Positions 17,854 to 28,668 are shown, counted from the first letter of the stretch. The stretch: 59,726 bases of DNA from a bacterium (GCA_021780675.1 JAJXYH010000045.1:1-59726); one strand, 5' to 3'. Notes: a model not told the origin generated them from the letters alone. Translations and numbers: made by a program.

Positions 17854-19992
17854 CTATGGAGTAGGTGTACTGGTGGGAATAGGTAATCCACCTTCTGTTG
17901 TTGGTCCAGGTGTTGGGGTTGGGGTTGGGGTACCGGAAGGTCCTGGAATTTTAACTTCAGGACTTTGTTTTGGTAAGGTTGCGCTTGGCGTTGGGATTGT
18001 TAACGGATTTCGTGATTGTTGTTGATTTTGTTGTGCTTGAGTTTGTTGACCCAATTGTTGTTGTATTGCTTGAATTTCAGCGTCTATTTTACTCACGTTT
18101 GTCGGATCATTTGCGACTAATTGTTTAACTGTTTGATATTGGGTAAGAGCTCCTTGTAAATCTCCTTTTTCTTGTAATACATGTCCTAAATTATAATATG
18201 CATTTGGATAGTCGGGTTTTAAATTAATTGCCTGTTGGAATTGTACTTGGGCATTGTCCCATGATTTTAACTGGTAATAAATTCCACCTAAAGTAATATA
18301 TTCTTGTGGGTTAGTTGGATCAAGTTTTGTTGCTTGTTGTTGTGCAAGAACAGCAAATTGGTCTGCATTTTGCCCAAAGCCGATTAAAGCTCTGTAAATT
18401 GCCGATAGATTTTGCCAATTTAAGGCATTTTCGCTTGAAATTGTGGTTGTTTGCCTGGCCGAATTTATCGATTGTTGTACCAAAGTATAAATTGTTTGTG
18501 TTATTTGTTGACTTGGTTGTTGCCCCTGTGGGATAGACGAAGCCAGTGCATTAGCTAAGGCAAGGTTTGTTTGAGAGAAAACCCTGTAATATGAATCCAC
18601 ATATTTTCCGGTGAAGGTCGATAATGCCTGATTTTGCAGAGTGTAGGTGAGTTGTCCGTTGTTTTGGCTGGCTGCAACCAAAGATTTTTCAAATGTTATA
18701 TTGGCATTAATGTAGTTGTAAGAAAGAAATCCAAACAGAATGGATAAGATCAAGATGATTCCAAAGAATACATAAGAAAGTGTTCTGGTATTTTGTCTGC
18801 GTGAGTCTTGTTCCGGGGCAAAATTGATAATACCTTTTTTAAGCGCAACCAACTGAAGTTCTACATCAAAGTATTTATTGTCTTCTTTTAAGCCTTTGAT
18901 TGATGCATAAAGTCCCAGCAAGAAGAAAACTACAGTTAAGGTATAGAACGAAAGTGGAAGTACAAAACCTAAACCAAGCGCCAAGATAAGCGGAATAAAT
19001 AACGGTTTTTCTCTTATAACTCTATAGCAAAGGAATAAAAAGCTTAAAAGTCCTGTAAGGCCGGTAGTTGCTAGAAGTTCCAGCACAAAGCTTGAGGAAT
19101 GGAAGAACGCAACTGCCCAGTATTGGGAAGTGTTAAAGCTTGCCATTTTGAATTTGGTAAAGTCGATAAAGAATTCACCAAAGCCGGTTCCAAACAAAAG
19201 ACCCTGGAAAATTCTAGTGCTATCTTGAGAAATAGCGGCAAACGCGGTTTGGAAGCCAGCATCAAGTGGCAAAACAACAAACAAGTTTTGTTTTATTACT
19301 ATATAGATTGATGCCAAAAGACCTACTAATATGACTAACGAAGTTATTCCGTAAATTGCAATTTTAATTGCGGCATCTTTTTTGTTTAATAAATTTTGCC
19401 TATGACTTTTAAGTAAGAAAGGCGATAGGAAATAAATACCCATTGGAAGAACGAACAAAAGATATAATACTTGATCCATAAAAGATCCTGCCGGGGTAAA
19501 GGTTTGAACTTTAGTAAAGTCAAACGGAAAAACATATACTTTTGCATAAGCAAGAACCGAGATTAAAGCCAGAAGCGCAGCTCCTGTTAAAAGTGCGGCA
19601 ACTAAGCCCATTACGTATTTTTCTGTTTTTGCGTTATGGGTAATTAGGAAGAATGAAAGAAAAGCAAAAAGCGCTGGAACAAAATTTGCTAAAGAATCGT
19701 ATTTAGCAACAGAAAACAGGGTAGATAAGAAAATTGCGCCTATAACTAATAGTATTGGTAAATCGAATGGTGTTCTTCTAATGCTTACCTTTTCTGCCAA
19801 AATTGTTTTAACTCCGTATAAAAGAAACAGAGCAATTCCCATGAAGATTACAAAGGCTTGTTTAGGAAGAGTAAAAAAGTCAGTGGTCAGATTTGTAAAT
19901 AAAAGAGGGAAGACAACAAACAAAATCCCAATAAGTACTACTGAAGCTTTTTCTAAATAATTAATAAATTCAAGTTTCTGTTCTTGTTTCAT
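17854..19992 (-). CDS. O-antigen-ligase-like polytopic membrane protein with C-terminal TPRs and Gln/Pro-rich tail
   Basis: About 12 TM; GTGFGEF and HSSS..LELLATTGL (Wzy_C-like); TPR pattern LGGIYYQ...AYYNLGHVL. Confidence 0.7.
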   Translation of the reverse strand: MKQEQKLEFINYLEKASVVLIGILFVVFPLLFTNLTTDFFTLPKQAFVIFMGIALFLLYGVKTILAEKVSIRRTPFDLPILLVIGAIFLSTLFSVAKYDSLANFVPALFAFLSFFLITHNAKTEKYVMGLVAALLTGAALLALISVLAYAKVYVFPFDFTKVQTFTPAGSFMDQVLYLLFVLPMGIYFLSPFLLKSHRQNLLNKKDAAIKIAIYGITSLVILVGLLASIYIVIKQNLFVVLPLDAGFQTAFAAISQDSTRIFQGLLFGTGFGEFFIDFTKFKMASFNTSQYWAVAFFHSSSFVLELLATTGLTGLLSFLFLCYRVIREKPLFIPLILALGLGFVLPLSFYTLTVVFFLLGLYASIKGLKEDNKYFDVELQLVALKKGIINFAPEQDSRRQNTRTLSYVFFGIILILSILFGFLSYNYINANITFEKSLVAASQNNGQLTYTLQNQALSTFTGKYVDSYYRVFSQTNLALANALASSIPQGQQPSQQITQTIYTLVQQSINSARQTTTISSENALNWQNLSAIYRALIGFGQNADQFAVLAQQQATKLDPTNPQEYITLGGIYYQLKSWDNAQVQFQQAINLKPDYPNAYYNLGHVLQEKGDLQGALTQYQTVKQLVANDPTNVSKIDAEIQAIQQQLGQQTQAQQNQQQSRNPLTIPTPSATLPKQSPEVKIPGPSGTPTPTPTPGPTTEGGLPIPTSTPTP

Positions 19993-20098
19993 TGTTACGT
20001 TATCTTAAATTAGCACTTTAAAAACCTAATGTCAATATAAAAAATTACCCAAAAATATTAACTGTTACTTATAGTAACTTTTGTGTTTTTTAGCTGTT

Positions 20099-20575
20099 CT
20101 AAATCCACTTTGATAAGGGAATACCAACTGCTTTTTGCACTTTTTCTCTTAAAATATCGGTTTTTAAAACTTGAAGATAGTCATTTTTATTCATGCCATA
20201 CATTTGATTAAGCTGCGAAAGAAGCGCACTTTCTGTTTTTGTTTGCAAAATCTGTTTGTATCTTTGGGCAACCTCTTCCTCAGAAACGGTAATGTGATTT
20301 CTGCCGGCATAGATTTCTACAATCTTATCTTCAATTAATCTATTTAGTGAATCTTTTTCAATTTGCACCTTATTAATATTGGTTTGTTTTGAATAAACAT
20401 AGAAATTGTATAATCTTGAGCTTTCGGTTTGTAGTTCTTTTTTATTTATTGATACAGTGTGGGAATTTTCAGATCGATTCGCAGTATTTTGATTACTTAG
20501 CATAAATTTTATGACAAAATAGCCACAAATTAGTGTTAAAATTACTGCAAAACTTATTATAATTTTTTTGTTCAT
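20099..20575 (-). CDS. SurA N-terminal-domain-like membrane-anchored protein (start probably 20575)
   Basis: Single N-terminal TM; LNRLIEDKIV...ITVSEEEVAQR helical SurA_N pattern. Confidence 0.65.
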   Translation of the reverse strand: MNKKIIISFAVILTLICGYFVIKFMLSNQNTANRSENSHTVSINKKELQTESSRLYNFYVYSKQTNINKVQIEKDSLNRLIEDKIVEIYAGRNHITVSEEEVAQRYKQILQTKTESALLSQLNQMYGMNKNDYLQVLKTDILREKVQKAVGIPLSKWI

Positions 20576-20604
20576 TTTAGTTAATACGCAATCCACCGTT
20601 GATT

Positions 20605-21735
20605 TTAAGTCCCGCTATTAAAGATTGTTTTATAAATAACAGGAACACTTACTGTAATGCCTAAGGTGTTATCCAATATGCTGTCGGTGTCCGGGGTTAC
20701 ACCGTCGTTTTGCACCAAAGTAATTCCGGAAATAAGTGCGTCTACGGTTTTTGAACCGGTTGAGGCCCAAGAGACACTTCCTGTAGTTTGTCCGTTTACG
20801 TTGGTTGCGACAGATGGTTGAGTAAATGAGCCACCGGTTGATTGAAGGGTTATGTCTGCAGCGGGAATTCCGCTAACAAGATTATGCCAGGTATTCAAAA
20901 GAGTAATTGTAATCGGGATTGAAGTTGTTGCCGTTGTACTTCCGGTTACGCTTGAGTCGCTAATATTTCCGGATACGTTCCCCGGAGAAACATTTACTCC
21001 TGTTGATGATGTTCCCGTAATGCCTGGTTTTGGTTCGGTTGCCGTAAAAGTAACTCCGTTTTCCGCTTTGTAAAGCGTGATGCTTTTGGTGGCAACTCCG
21101 TTTGTAAAATCTCCCTGTACAAGTGTTCCAATTAATGGGGCAGTTGAGTCAAGAGTATTAGAAGCGGTTTAAGTCCAGGCGTAGGTTCCGGCTGGAGCAG
21201 AGTAATTATAGCCTTCGTTATTATTCCACGCGTCTCTTGCGGTAATTGTTACGTTAAAAGCAACTCCTGCGGTTTGGCTTGATGCTGCCGGACAACATTG
21301 TAATTATTAGCAGTCCCCGGGCTAACCGTTACAGAGGATGATGTGTAGCCGTAAGAACCCCCGTCTGTTACAGTAATGGTTGTGGTTTGTGCATTATATA
21401 AAGTTGTCGCAAGCACAGTAGTTTTGATATGCCGTTGGTAAATGAAACGCTGTTTGTATAGCTTGGCGCAGTAGAGTTTGGCGCATTGACGGGACCCGAG
21501 TAGACAAGAGTTTTTGCGCCCGAGTAGGTAGTATCCGTATTAAAGTAGCTATCTATTGCCGTAATGCTGGTAACATTAAATGAAGAACCGACGGTTCTAT
21601 TGGTTATATTATCTTCTTAGTACCGGTCGTCTTTGAAGGCATTGGATACGAGGCAACAAAAGTTTTAATCTCACTTACTGTGGTGGGGTGGAAGGAAGGG
21701 TTTGAATTAGATAAATTAGAGTTGTATTTTTCATA
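20605..21735 (-). pseudogene. Decayed Ig-like-repeat (invasin/Big-type) surface protein; N-terminus paralogous to the 1275-aa gene
   Basis: Manual translation gives HPTTVSEIKTFVASYP, then FNVTSITAID...FTNG and FNVTITARDAWNN Ig-like strands, broken by frameshifts (~21425, ~21290) and a TAA at 21169-21171. Confidence 0.8.
21641..21693. repeat. 53-bp direct repeat, copy of 25391-25443
   Basis: ATTGGATACGAGGCAACAAAAGTTTTAATCTCACTTACTGTGGTGGGGTGGAA is identical at both sites. Confidence 0.95.
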
Positions 21736-24700
21736 TTATCTAAACTCGGAGTAACCACTTACTTGAGTCGTGCCAGTAATAGCTGAGTTTATTATCGGAG
21801 CATCTGCAGATGTACCGCTTGATGATCCCGATCCTCCCGTACCGGCGCCATACAATATCGTTCCGGTAAAATTGTTTGCAGTTACAAAGTCCATTTTTAA
21901 TCTTCCTCCACCTCCGCCACCATAAGCACCAGAAGTTGAATTTCCCCCTACAACACTAATAGTTCCGCTTCCAGTAAAAATGTCTGCAATTAGCCATATG
22001 CTTCCACCGCTTCCGCCTCCGCCTCTGTCAACTACGCCATTTTGACCGGTTGAAGAGACAGTTCCATAGATTGTCAAGGTTCCGGTTGTTTTAAACTTGA
22101 TTGCTCCACCCCCGGCACCACCTGTTCCACCATTTGTGCCTCCTCCTCCGCTTCCTAAATCTGTCGGCTGAGTCGAAGAGCCGTAAGTGGGACCCCCAGG
22201 GTAACCGGCAGATCCACCAACGCCACCGTACCCACCGCCTCCGGGTGAGGATGTGTCTGCAGCACCACCACCTCCGCCGGGGCCGGAACCGTAAGCATTG
22301 TATCCTCCGAGATATCCGGCTGCATTAGCAGAGATAGCAGAGGTTGTTGCAATAGTAATATCACCGGTTAAATTAAAAAATACTCCAACTCCGTTAGTAC
22401 CAGTAGTGTAAGTACCTCCTGCTGAAACCGTAACGCCCGAGGCAATAGTTGTAATACCGGTCGAATTTATTGTAAGTAGTGTTGTATTAGTAGGTTTAAA
22501 GGTAATATTTCCGTTGATCGTTAAATTATGAAAAGTCCAAGCTGGTAAATCACTAGCAAACCAATTACTGTTATTTGATGGTATTACTAAGTCATTGTTT
22601 GATGCGTTTTTAATAAAAACAGTTCCATCCTGTGCAGTTATTGAATAAGCATATATACCATGCGTTACTGTTGGTATTCCAGTATAGCTATTAGCATTTG
22701 TGTAATATATTGCTATTCTACCACCCGCACCTCCACCGGCTGCTCCTGTAGTTGAGTTTCCTCCATTAGCTGTAATGGCACCACTTCCGGCAAGTGAGCC
22801 AGCAGATATATATATACTTCCTCCACTTCCACCTCCACCTCTGTCAACAGGTGCATTTTGTCCGTTAGATGAAATTGTTCCACTTACCGTGAGTGTTCCT
22901 GTGGTCGTGATTTTTATAGCTCCACCCCCAGCTCCTCCAGTACCATTATTTGTACCACCACCTCCGGAACCTAAATCTCCTGGTGCAGAAAGTGATCCAT
23001 AATATGTTCCCCCGGGTTGGCTTGCGCCATTGGCACCAATTCCGCCATAGCCACCACCACCAGGATATGATCCGGATCCTCCTGCTCCTCCACCTCCACC
23101 AGGACCCGAACCGTAGGCATTGTATCCTCCGGTATACCCCTGACTACTTGCGGTAATTGTGGTTGTTGTCGGTACAGTTACATCACCGGTTAAATTAAGA
23201 TAAACACCTACGCCGTTTGAATTGGTGGTATATGATCCTCCTGCAGTAACAGTTATTCCGGAGGCAAAAGTGGAGGATCCGGTCGAATTTATTGTAAGTA
23301 GTGTTGTATTAGTAGGTTTAAAGGTAATATTTCCGTTGATCGTTAAATTATGAAAAGTCCAAGCTGGTAAATCACTAGCAAACCAATTACTGTTATTTGA
23401 TGGTATTACTAAGTCATTGTTTGATGCGTTTTTAATAAAAACAGTTCCATCCTGTGCAGTTATTGAATAAGCATATATACCATGCGTTACTGTTGGTATT
23501 CCAGTATAGCTATTAGCATTTGTGTAATATATTGCTATTCTACCACCCGCACCTCCACCGGCTGCTCCTGTAGTTGAGTTTCCTCCATTAGCTGTAATGG
23601 CACCACTTCCGGCAAGTGAGCCAGCAGATATATATATACTTCCTCCACTTCCACCTCCACCTCTGTCAACAGGTGCATTTTGTCCGTTAGATGAAATTGT
23701 TCCACTTACCGTGAGTGTTCCTGTGGTCGTGATTTTTATAGCTCCACCCCCAGCTCCTCCAGTACCATTATTTGTACCACCACCTCCGGAACCTAAATCT
23801 CCTGGTGCAGAAAGTGATCCATAATATGTTCCCCCGGGTTGGCTTGCGCCATTGGCACCAATTCCGCCATAGCCACCACCACCAGGATATGATCCGGATC
23901 CTCCTGCTCCTCCACCTCCACCAGGACCCGAACCGTAGGCATTGTATCCTCCGGCCCAGCCTTTGCCGGTTGCCGTCATAGTACCGGCAATGGTTGCGGT
24001 TGATGCAGACATGGTAGCAATGCCATAGTTTGAGACTTGGTCAAAAGCTTGAACAGTAGCGGCTTGTGCGCTGTCTACATGAAGTATTCCGATACCGGTA
24101 TGATTACCTGCAAAAAGACCTGATGCGCAGTCGGTTGCGGGATCCCAGTCTGCACCTGCATGGTCTCCGCCCCCTAAACAGGTGTATGGATCAAAGAATC
24201 CTATTGAAGTTTGGGTACTGCCGCCTGCGGTGTCTGATGCAGTAATTAATACTTCGTATGGTTTCGTAGTAGTGCCATGAACCTTCCAGACTACCTGATA
24301 TGTTCCATCCTTATTATCTCCCGATACTAATAACAAGGGTAGGGTATCAATACCTGCAATGTTAGCACTAACACTGGCAACACCCACAGTACTTGAAACT
24401 TGAGCGTTAATGGTTAAGTTGTCTCCAACCTTAACAACAGACGGATTAACAAAGGAAGAAACAATCAATGGTTTACCCGTATCTACAACACTTTGGATAG
24501 TGGATGTAAAGCCTGAATAGGAAACATCAATAGATGCTTGCTTCGTAGGATCATTCACTTTGGTAGTAAAGACAATATTCCCGTCACAGGAGAAGCTGGG
24601 GAATACAATCTCATTATTTGATGTTTGATATTGGATGTTGATGCCATCGCATGTCAGAGCGGGAGTGATAAGATCTGCAGTAGTACCACTGGTTAAACTC

Positions 24701-25563
24701 CAGCTGGTGCCCGTACTTGGTTTAATGGTCAGATCACCAGTTCCTACAGTTTGCATATCTATTTCCCAAGTATTATTCACTGTCGGATAGGAAGTATATG
24801 AGTACATGGAAAGAAGAATAGTTGCATCTATCATTACGGGGTAGTAAGCTTGTGTTTCTAGCCACTTCGCACCCTGCTCGTCAATTACCTTAGCAAGGTA
24901 TGTATTACCATTTTGAGTAAAGATTTCGTAGTGTAAACCAAAGCTTTTATTCTTAGTATTGTATTTTTCATACATAACAGGCTTTGGAATGGCAAATGCA
25001 AACTTACCGGTAGAGGTATTGGTAAAGATGATCGAACCATCAGCCTTTTTCTCATAAGTTAGTCCGGTTAAGTCTATCTTTTGCACTAGGTAGTTTATCT
25101 TTCTTTTGGCAAACACCTGGTATTCTTCCAGGATCTTATCCTTACTTGGTGTGTAGATTAGATCAATCCCGTTATATATATTCGGGTAGGTAATTTTTCC
25201 AGACTTATCGTTAATACCTTGAGAATTATTCATTACTCCTAAGTACGGATTACCAATTGAGGTAAAGGAAATATCCGTTCCACCTACGTTAAACGAAACA
25301 GGGGAGTCAACATTCCCAACAATAGTAGAAGTAACAGAGTAACCATCTAGCTTTTGTGTAACCTTTTTAACACCCGTATCTTTTGATGGTATTGGATACG
25401 AGGCAACAAAAGTTTTAATCTCACTTACTGTGGTGGGGTGGAATTGTGGCTGACTTAGCGGAAAATTTTTTTGGAAATGCAAGCGGAAGGCAATAAATGC
25501 TAGGATAGTTAAACCGATAATTAGAAATGCATAAATAGATTTTTTAGATGTCAATAATTTCAT
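21736..25563 (-). CDS. Giant glycine-rich surface protein / putative adhesin (1275 aa)
   Basis: N-terminal TM; YPVMIDAT-type N-terminal domain; three GSGGG...GGAGGGAIKI...GGGGSGGSI...GGRI modules; AAGGAG SD. Confidence 0.85.
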   Translation of the reverse strand: MKLLTSKKSIYAFLIIGLTILAFIAFRLHFQKNFPLSQPQFHPTTVSEIKTFVASYPIPSKDTGVKKVTQKLDGYSVTSTIVGNVDSPVSFNVGGTDISFTSIGNPYLGVMNNSQGINDKSGKITYPNIYNGIDLIYTPSKDKILEEYQVFAKRKINYLVQKIDLTGLTYEKKADGSIIFTNTSTGKFAFAIPKPVMYEKYNTKNKSFGLHYEIFTQNGNTYLAKVIDEQGAKWLETQAYYPVMIDATILLSMYSYTSYPTVNNTWEIDMQTVGTGDLTIKPSTGTSWSLTSGTTADLITPALTCDGINIQYQTSNNEIVFPSFSCDGNIVFTTKVNDPTKQASIDVSYSGFTSTIQSVVDTGKPLIVSSFVNPSVVKVGDNLTINAQVSSTVGVASVSANIAGIDTLPLLLVSGDNKDGTYQVVWKVHGTTTKPYEVLITASDTAGGSTQTSIGFFDPYTCLGGGDHAGADWDPATDCASGLFAGNHTGIGILHVDSAQAATVQAFDQVSNYGIATMSASTATIAGTMTATGKGWAGGYNAYGSGPGGGGGAGGSGSYPGGGGYGGIGANGASQPGGTYYGSLSAPGDLGSGGGGTNNGTGGAGGGAIKITTTGTLTVSGTISSNGQNAPVDRGGGGSGGSIYISAGSLAGSGAITANGGNSTTGAAGGGAGGRIAIYYTNANSYTGIPTVTHGIYAYSITAQDGTVFIKNASNNDLVIPSNNSNWFASDLPAWTFHNLTINGNITFKPTNTTLLTINSTGSSTFASGITVTAGGSYTTNSNGVGVYLNLTGDVTVPTTTTITASSQGYTGGYNAYGSGPGGGGGAGGSGSYPGGGGYGGIGANGASQPGGTYYGSLSAPGDLGSGGGGTNNGTGGAGGGAIKITTTGTLTVSGTISSNGQNAPVDRGGGGSGGSIYISAGSLAGSGAITANGGNSTTGAAGGGAGGRIAIYYTNANSYTGIPTVTHGIYAYSITAQDGTVFIKNASNNDLVIPSNNSNWFASDLPAWTFHNLTINGNITFKPTNTTLLTINSTGITTIASGVTVSAGGTYTTGTNGVGVFFNLTGDITIATTSAISANAAGYLGGYNAYGSGPGGGGGAADTSSPGGGGYGGVGGSAGYPGGPTYGSSTQPTDLGSGGGGTNGGTGGAGGGAIKFKTTGTLTIYGTVSSTGQNGVVDRGGGGSGGSIWLIADIFTGSGTISVVGGNSTSGAYGGGGGGRLKMDFVTANNFTGTILYGAGTGGSGSSSGTSADAPIINSAITGTTQVSGYSEFR
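22457..23954. repeat. Intragenic tandem duplication with 822-bp period; 22457-23132 apparently identical to 23279-23954
   Basis: Identical antisense ORFs at 22775-23002 and 23597-23824; both boundaries are offset by exactly 822. Confidence 0.95.
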
Positions 25564-26346
25564 GTACGGATCTCCTTAATTCTAGTAGTATAAATTTAAT
25601 AGTTTTTTAGCAAATTTACAAGTAGCAAAAATAGCATTTTTAGCCTCATTTTTATAGGTTTTAATTGAAAAAATTTAATGTCGAAAATTATTCAATTTTT
25701 TTGATTTTACGCATGTGAAATACACTAAAATTCGTTAAGAATGATATATCATAACATATCAATATGTATCTTATTCTATTAATTTTCGTATGATATAGTT
25801 TGATGTATAATTTTTAAATCAATCGAGTCATACGTAAAAATCTTGACTATATGATAGGTCGTTATCACATGAAATATGCTTAGCATCACGCACGCGTTTA
25901 GCAGATAAATATAGTAGGTGATAGAGGTTAAAAATCTTAAGTTTGGATTGTCATTGCTTGAAAATCGATTTTTTTACACACAAAATTTTCCTTTAAAGTT
26001 AAGATTTTAATTCAAAAATACCAACCTTAAGTTGGGTATATAAGAATATTAATTTAAGGCTATTAAATAAGTCATGGAATTAGCTTGGTTGTTTTGGTTA
26101 AAAAGTTAGGCATTAGCAAGAAATTTAATAACTCTTTAGCCTCAAATGTAACCTATTTAAGCAAATAATGATATGTTAATTTATATTTTGATATATATTG
26201 CATTTAGCATCAAGCAGTAGGTTTCAATTATTTCCGTTTTATAGTTAAATATTATAGACCCAATTGTATCTTTGGTAGCTTTAGTTTTATGATATACTTA
26301 ACCTAGGAATTTCTAATTCTTAATTTATAATTTCTAAACAATTTAA

Positions 26347-28665
26347 ATGAATAAAAATACAATAAAAACTAAACGCAAATATTTTCCTTCCGAAATTGAA
26401 CCCAAGTGGCGTCAGATTTGGGAAAAAGAGGGGATTAATAAATTTAAAGAGAACAAAGGTTCAAAAGGTAAGTATTACAATCTCGTGGAGCTTCCATACC
26501 CTTCGGGTGATCTTCATTTAGGACATTGGTTTTCGTTTGCTTTGGCAGACGTTCATGCACGCCATAAAAGAATGATCGGTTACGACGTATTTTTTCCAAA
26601 CGGCTTTGACGCTTTTGGTTTGCCTGCAGAAAACGCAGCTATAAAGCGGGGAGTTCATCCTAAAGATTGGACCATGAAAAACATCGAGAACATGCGTAAG
26701 CAGTTTGCAACCATGGGTACGATGATCGACTGGGATTACACTGCAATTACATGCTTGCCGGATTACTATAAATGGAACCAATGGATATTCTTAAAGATGT
26801 TTGAAAAGGGTATTGCATATAGAGGTACAGCTTTATCCAACTGGTGCGAAACGGACAAAACAGTTTTGGCAAATGAGCACATTGAGGGAGGAAAATGCTG
26901 GAGATGCGGGAACGAAGTTGTGCAGAAGGAGGTTGAGCAATGGTTTTTAAAAATCACAAATTATGCAGATGAGTTGATTTGGCCCCAAGATCCAAAAGTA
27001 GACTGGCCAAAAGAAGTAAGAGAAGGTCAAAACAACTGGATTGGCAGGTCCGAGGGAATGCTGCTAGACTTTGAAATTGTAGAAAAAGACCGTCAAGACA
27101 ACAAAAACAAAAAATCTATAAAGGTATTTACCACACGTCCAGATACAACCGATGGCGCAACTTTTATGGTAATCGCTCCGGAGCATGAATTTGCCGCCGA
27201 AATTGACTTAAAAGATGTATCAGAATATATCAAAATGTCTCGTAAAAAAACAGAAATGGAGCGAAAAGAGGATAGAACTAAATCCGGTATTTTTACAGGA
27301 AGATATGTAGTAAATCCGGTAACAGACAAGCAGATACCGGTTTGGATCTCAGATTATGTTCTGGCAGGCTACGGAACAGGCGCAATTATGGCTGTTCCAT
27401 TCGCCGATGAGCGTGATAGGGAATTCGCCGAGAAGTTTAAATTACCGATCATTCCAACTAGCTTCAAATCAAAGCCAAAGGGCGAGAAAAAGGTCAATTA
27501 CCATTTAAGGGATTGGTCGATATCAAGGCAGCGCTATTGGGGAACACCCGTGCCTATTATTCACTGTGAGTCCTGTGGTTTGGTTCCGGTGCTCGAAAAG
27601 GATTTGCCGGTTGAGCTTCCCTACAACGTAGATTACACACCAAAGGGTAAGCCGCCTTTGGCAACGGACGAGCAGTGGTTAACTGCGAAGTGTCCAAAGT
27701 GTGGTACCGAAGGTGCTAAGCGGGACGCCGAAACCCTGGATACTTTTTTTGACAGCGCTTGGTATTACTACCGTTATGTTTCACCAAATTACAATAACGG
27801 ACCTTTTGAAAAATCGGAAGTTTCTAAACTGATGCCGGTTGATGTTTATGTCGGCGGAGCAGAACATACTTTAGGACATACACTGTACGCCAGATTTTTT
27901 ACCAAATTTTTTAAAGATTTAGGACTTGTTGGTTTTGAAGAGTTTGCAAAAAAGCGGGTGCAACATGGAGTTATCTTGGGACCTGACGGAAACAGGATGA
28001 GTAAAAGCAGGGGAAATGTTGTTAACCCCGACGACGTTGTTAAAGAATATGGAACCGACACTGTAAGACTTTATCTCTCTTTTATGATGCCATACGAAGC
28101 AACAGCTCCTTGGTCGACTGGAGCGATCTCCGGGATTTACAGATTTTTAAAAAGAATTTGGGAAATGAGCCAAAATTTAGAAAAAATGGATCTAAGTACA
28201 TCAGACTATAACATGATGCACAGGACAATTAAGAAAGTTGGGGAGGATATTGACTCTTTTTCATTTAACACAGCGGTCTCAACCCTTATGACATGGCTTA
28301 ATTATTTAACAGAAAAAGGGGTTTCAAAGCAGGAATTTGAAGTGTTTTTGAAGCTAATTGCTCCTTTTGCACCACATTTTGCCGAGGAGCTCTATCACTC
28401 GGTAGTAAAGAGTGATAACTCGGTCCATTTACAAGAATGGCCGTCATATCAATCTAAATACTTAACTCAAGAAGCGGTTCAAGTTGTCGTTCAAGTCAAT
28501 GGAAAGCTCAGGGATACGGTTTTGGTTTATAGCCCGAAGCTAAAGGAACAAAAATTAGTAGAAGACTTAGTAAAACAAAGTGAAAATGTAAGCAAATATT
28601 TATCAGGTCAAAAAATTAGAAAAGTAATTTACATAGAAGGAAAGCTTATAAACTTTGTTATTTAA
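26347..28665 (+). CDS. leuS: Leucine--tRNA ligase
   Basis: PYPSGDLHLGH (HIGH), TTRPDT, RDWSISRQRYWG, RMSKS. Confidence 0.98.
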   Translation: MNKNTIKTKRKYFPSEIEPKWRQIWEKEGINKFKENKGSKGKYYNLVELPYPSGDLHLGHWFSFALADVHARHKRMIGYDVFFPNGFDAFGLPAENAAIKRGVHPKDWTMKNIENMRKQFATMGTMIDWDYTAITCLPDYYKWNQWIFLKMFEKGIAYRGTALSNWCETDKTVLANEHIEGGKCWRCGNEVVQKEVEQWFLKITNYADELIWPQDPKVDWPKEVREGQNNWIGRSEGMLLDFEIVEKDRQDNKNKKSIKVFTTRPDTTDGATFMVIAPEHEFAAEIDLKDVSEYIKMSRKKTEMERKEDRTKSGIFTGRYVVNPVTDKQIPVWISDYVLAGYGTGAIMAVPFADERDREFAEKFKLPIIPTSFKSKPKGEKKVNYHLRDWSISRQRYWGTPVPIIHCESCGLVPVLEKDLPVELPYNVDYTPKGKPPLATDEQWLTAKCPKCGTEGAKRDAETLDTFFDSAWYYYRYVSPNYNNGPFEKSEVSKLMPVDVYVGGAEHTLGHTLYARFFTKFFKDLGLVGFEEFAKKRVQHGVILGPDGNRMSKSRGNVVNPDDVVKEYGTDTVRLYLSFMMPYEATAPWSTGAISGIYRFLKRIWEMSQNLEKMDLSTSDYNMMHRTIKKVGEDIDSFSFNTAVSTLMTWLNYLTEKGVSKQEFEVFLKLIAPFAPHFAEELYHSVVKSDNSVHLQEWPSYQSKYLTQEAVQVVVQVNGKLRDTVLVYSPKLKEQKLVEDLVKQSENVSKYLSGQKIRKVIYIEGKLINFVI

Positions 28666-28668
28666 AGC

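Noticed and set aside
22457-23954. Diversity-generating retroelement TR/VR pair or CRISPR
   Set aside because: Copies look identical rather than differing at adenines; no reverse transcriptase; no short repeat-spacer array or cas gene anywhere in the window.
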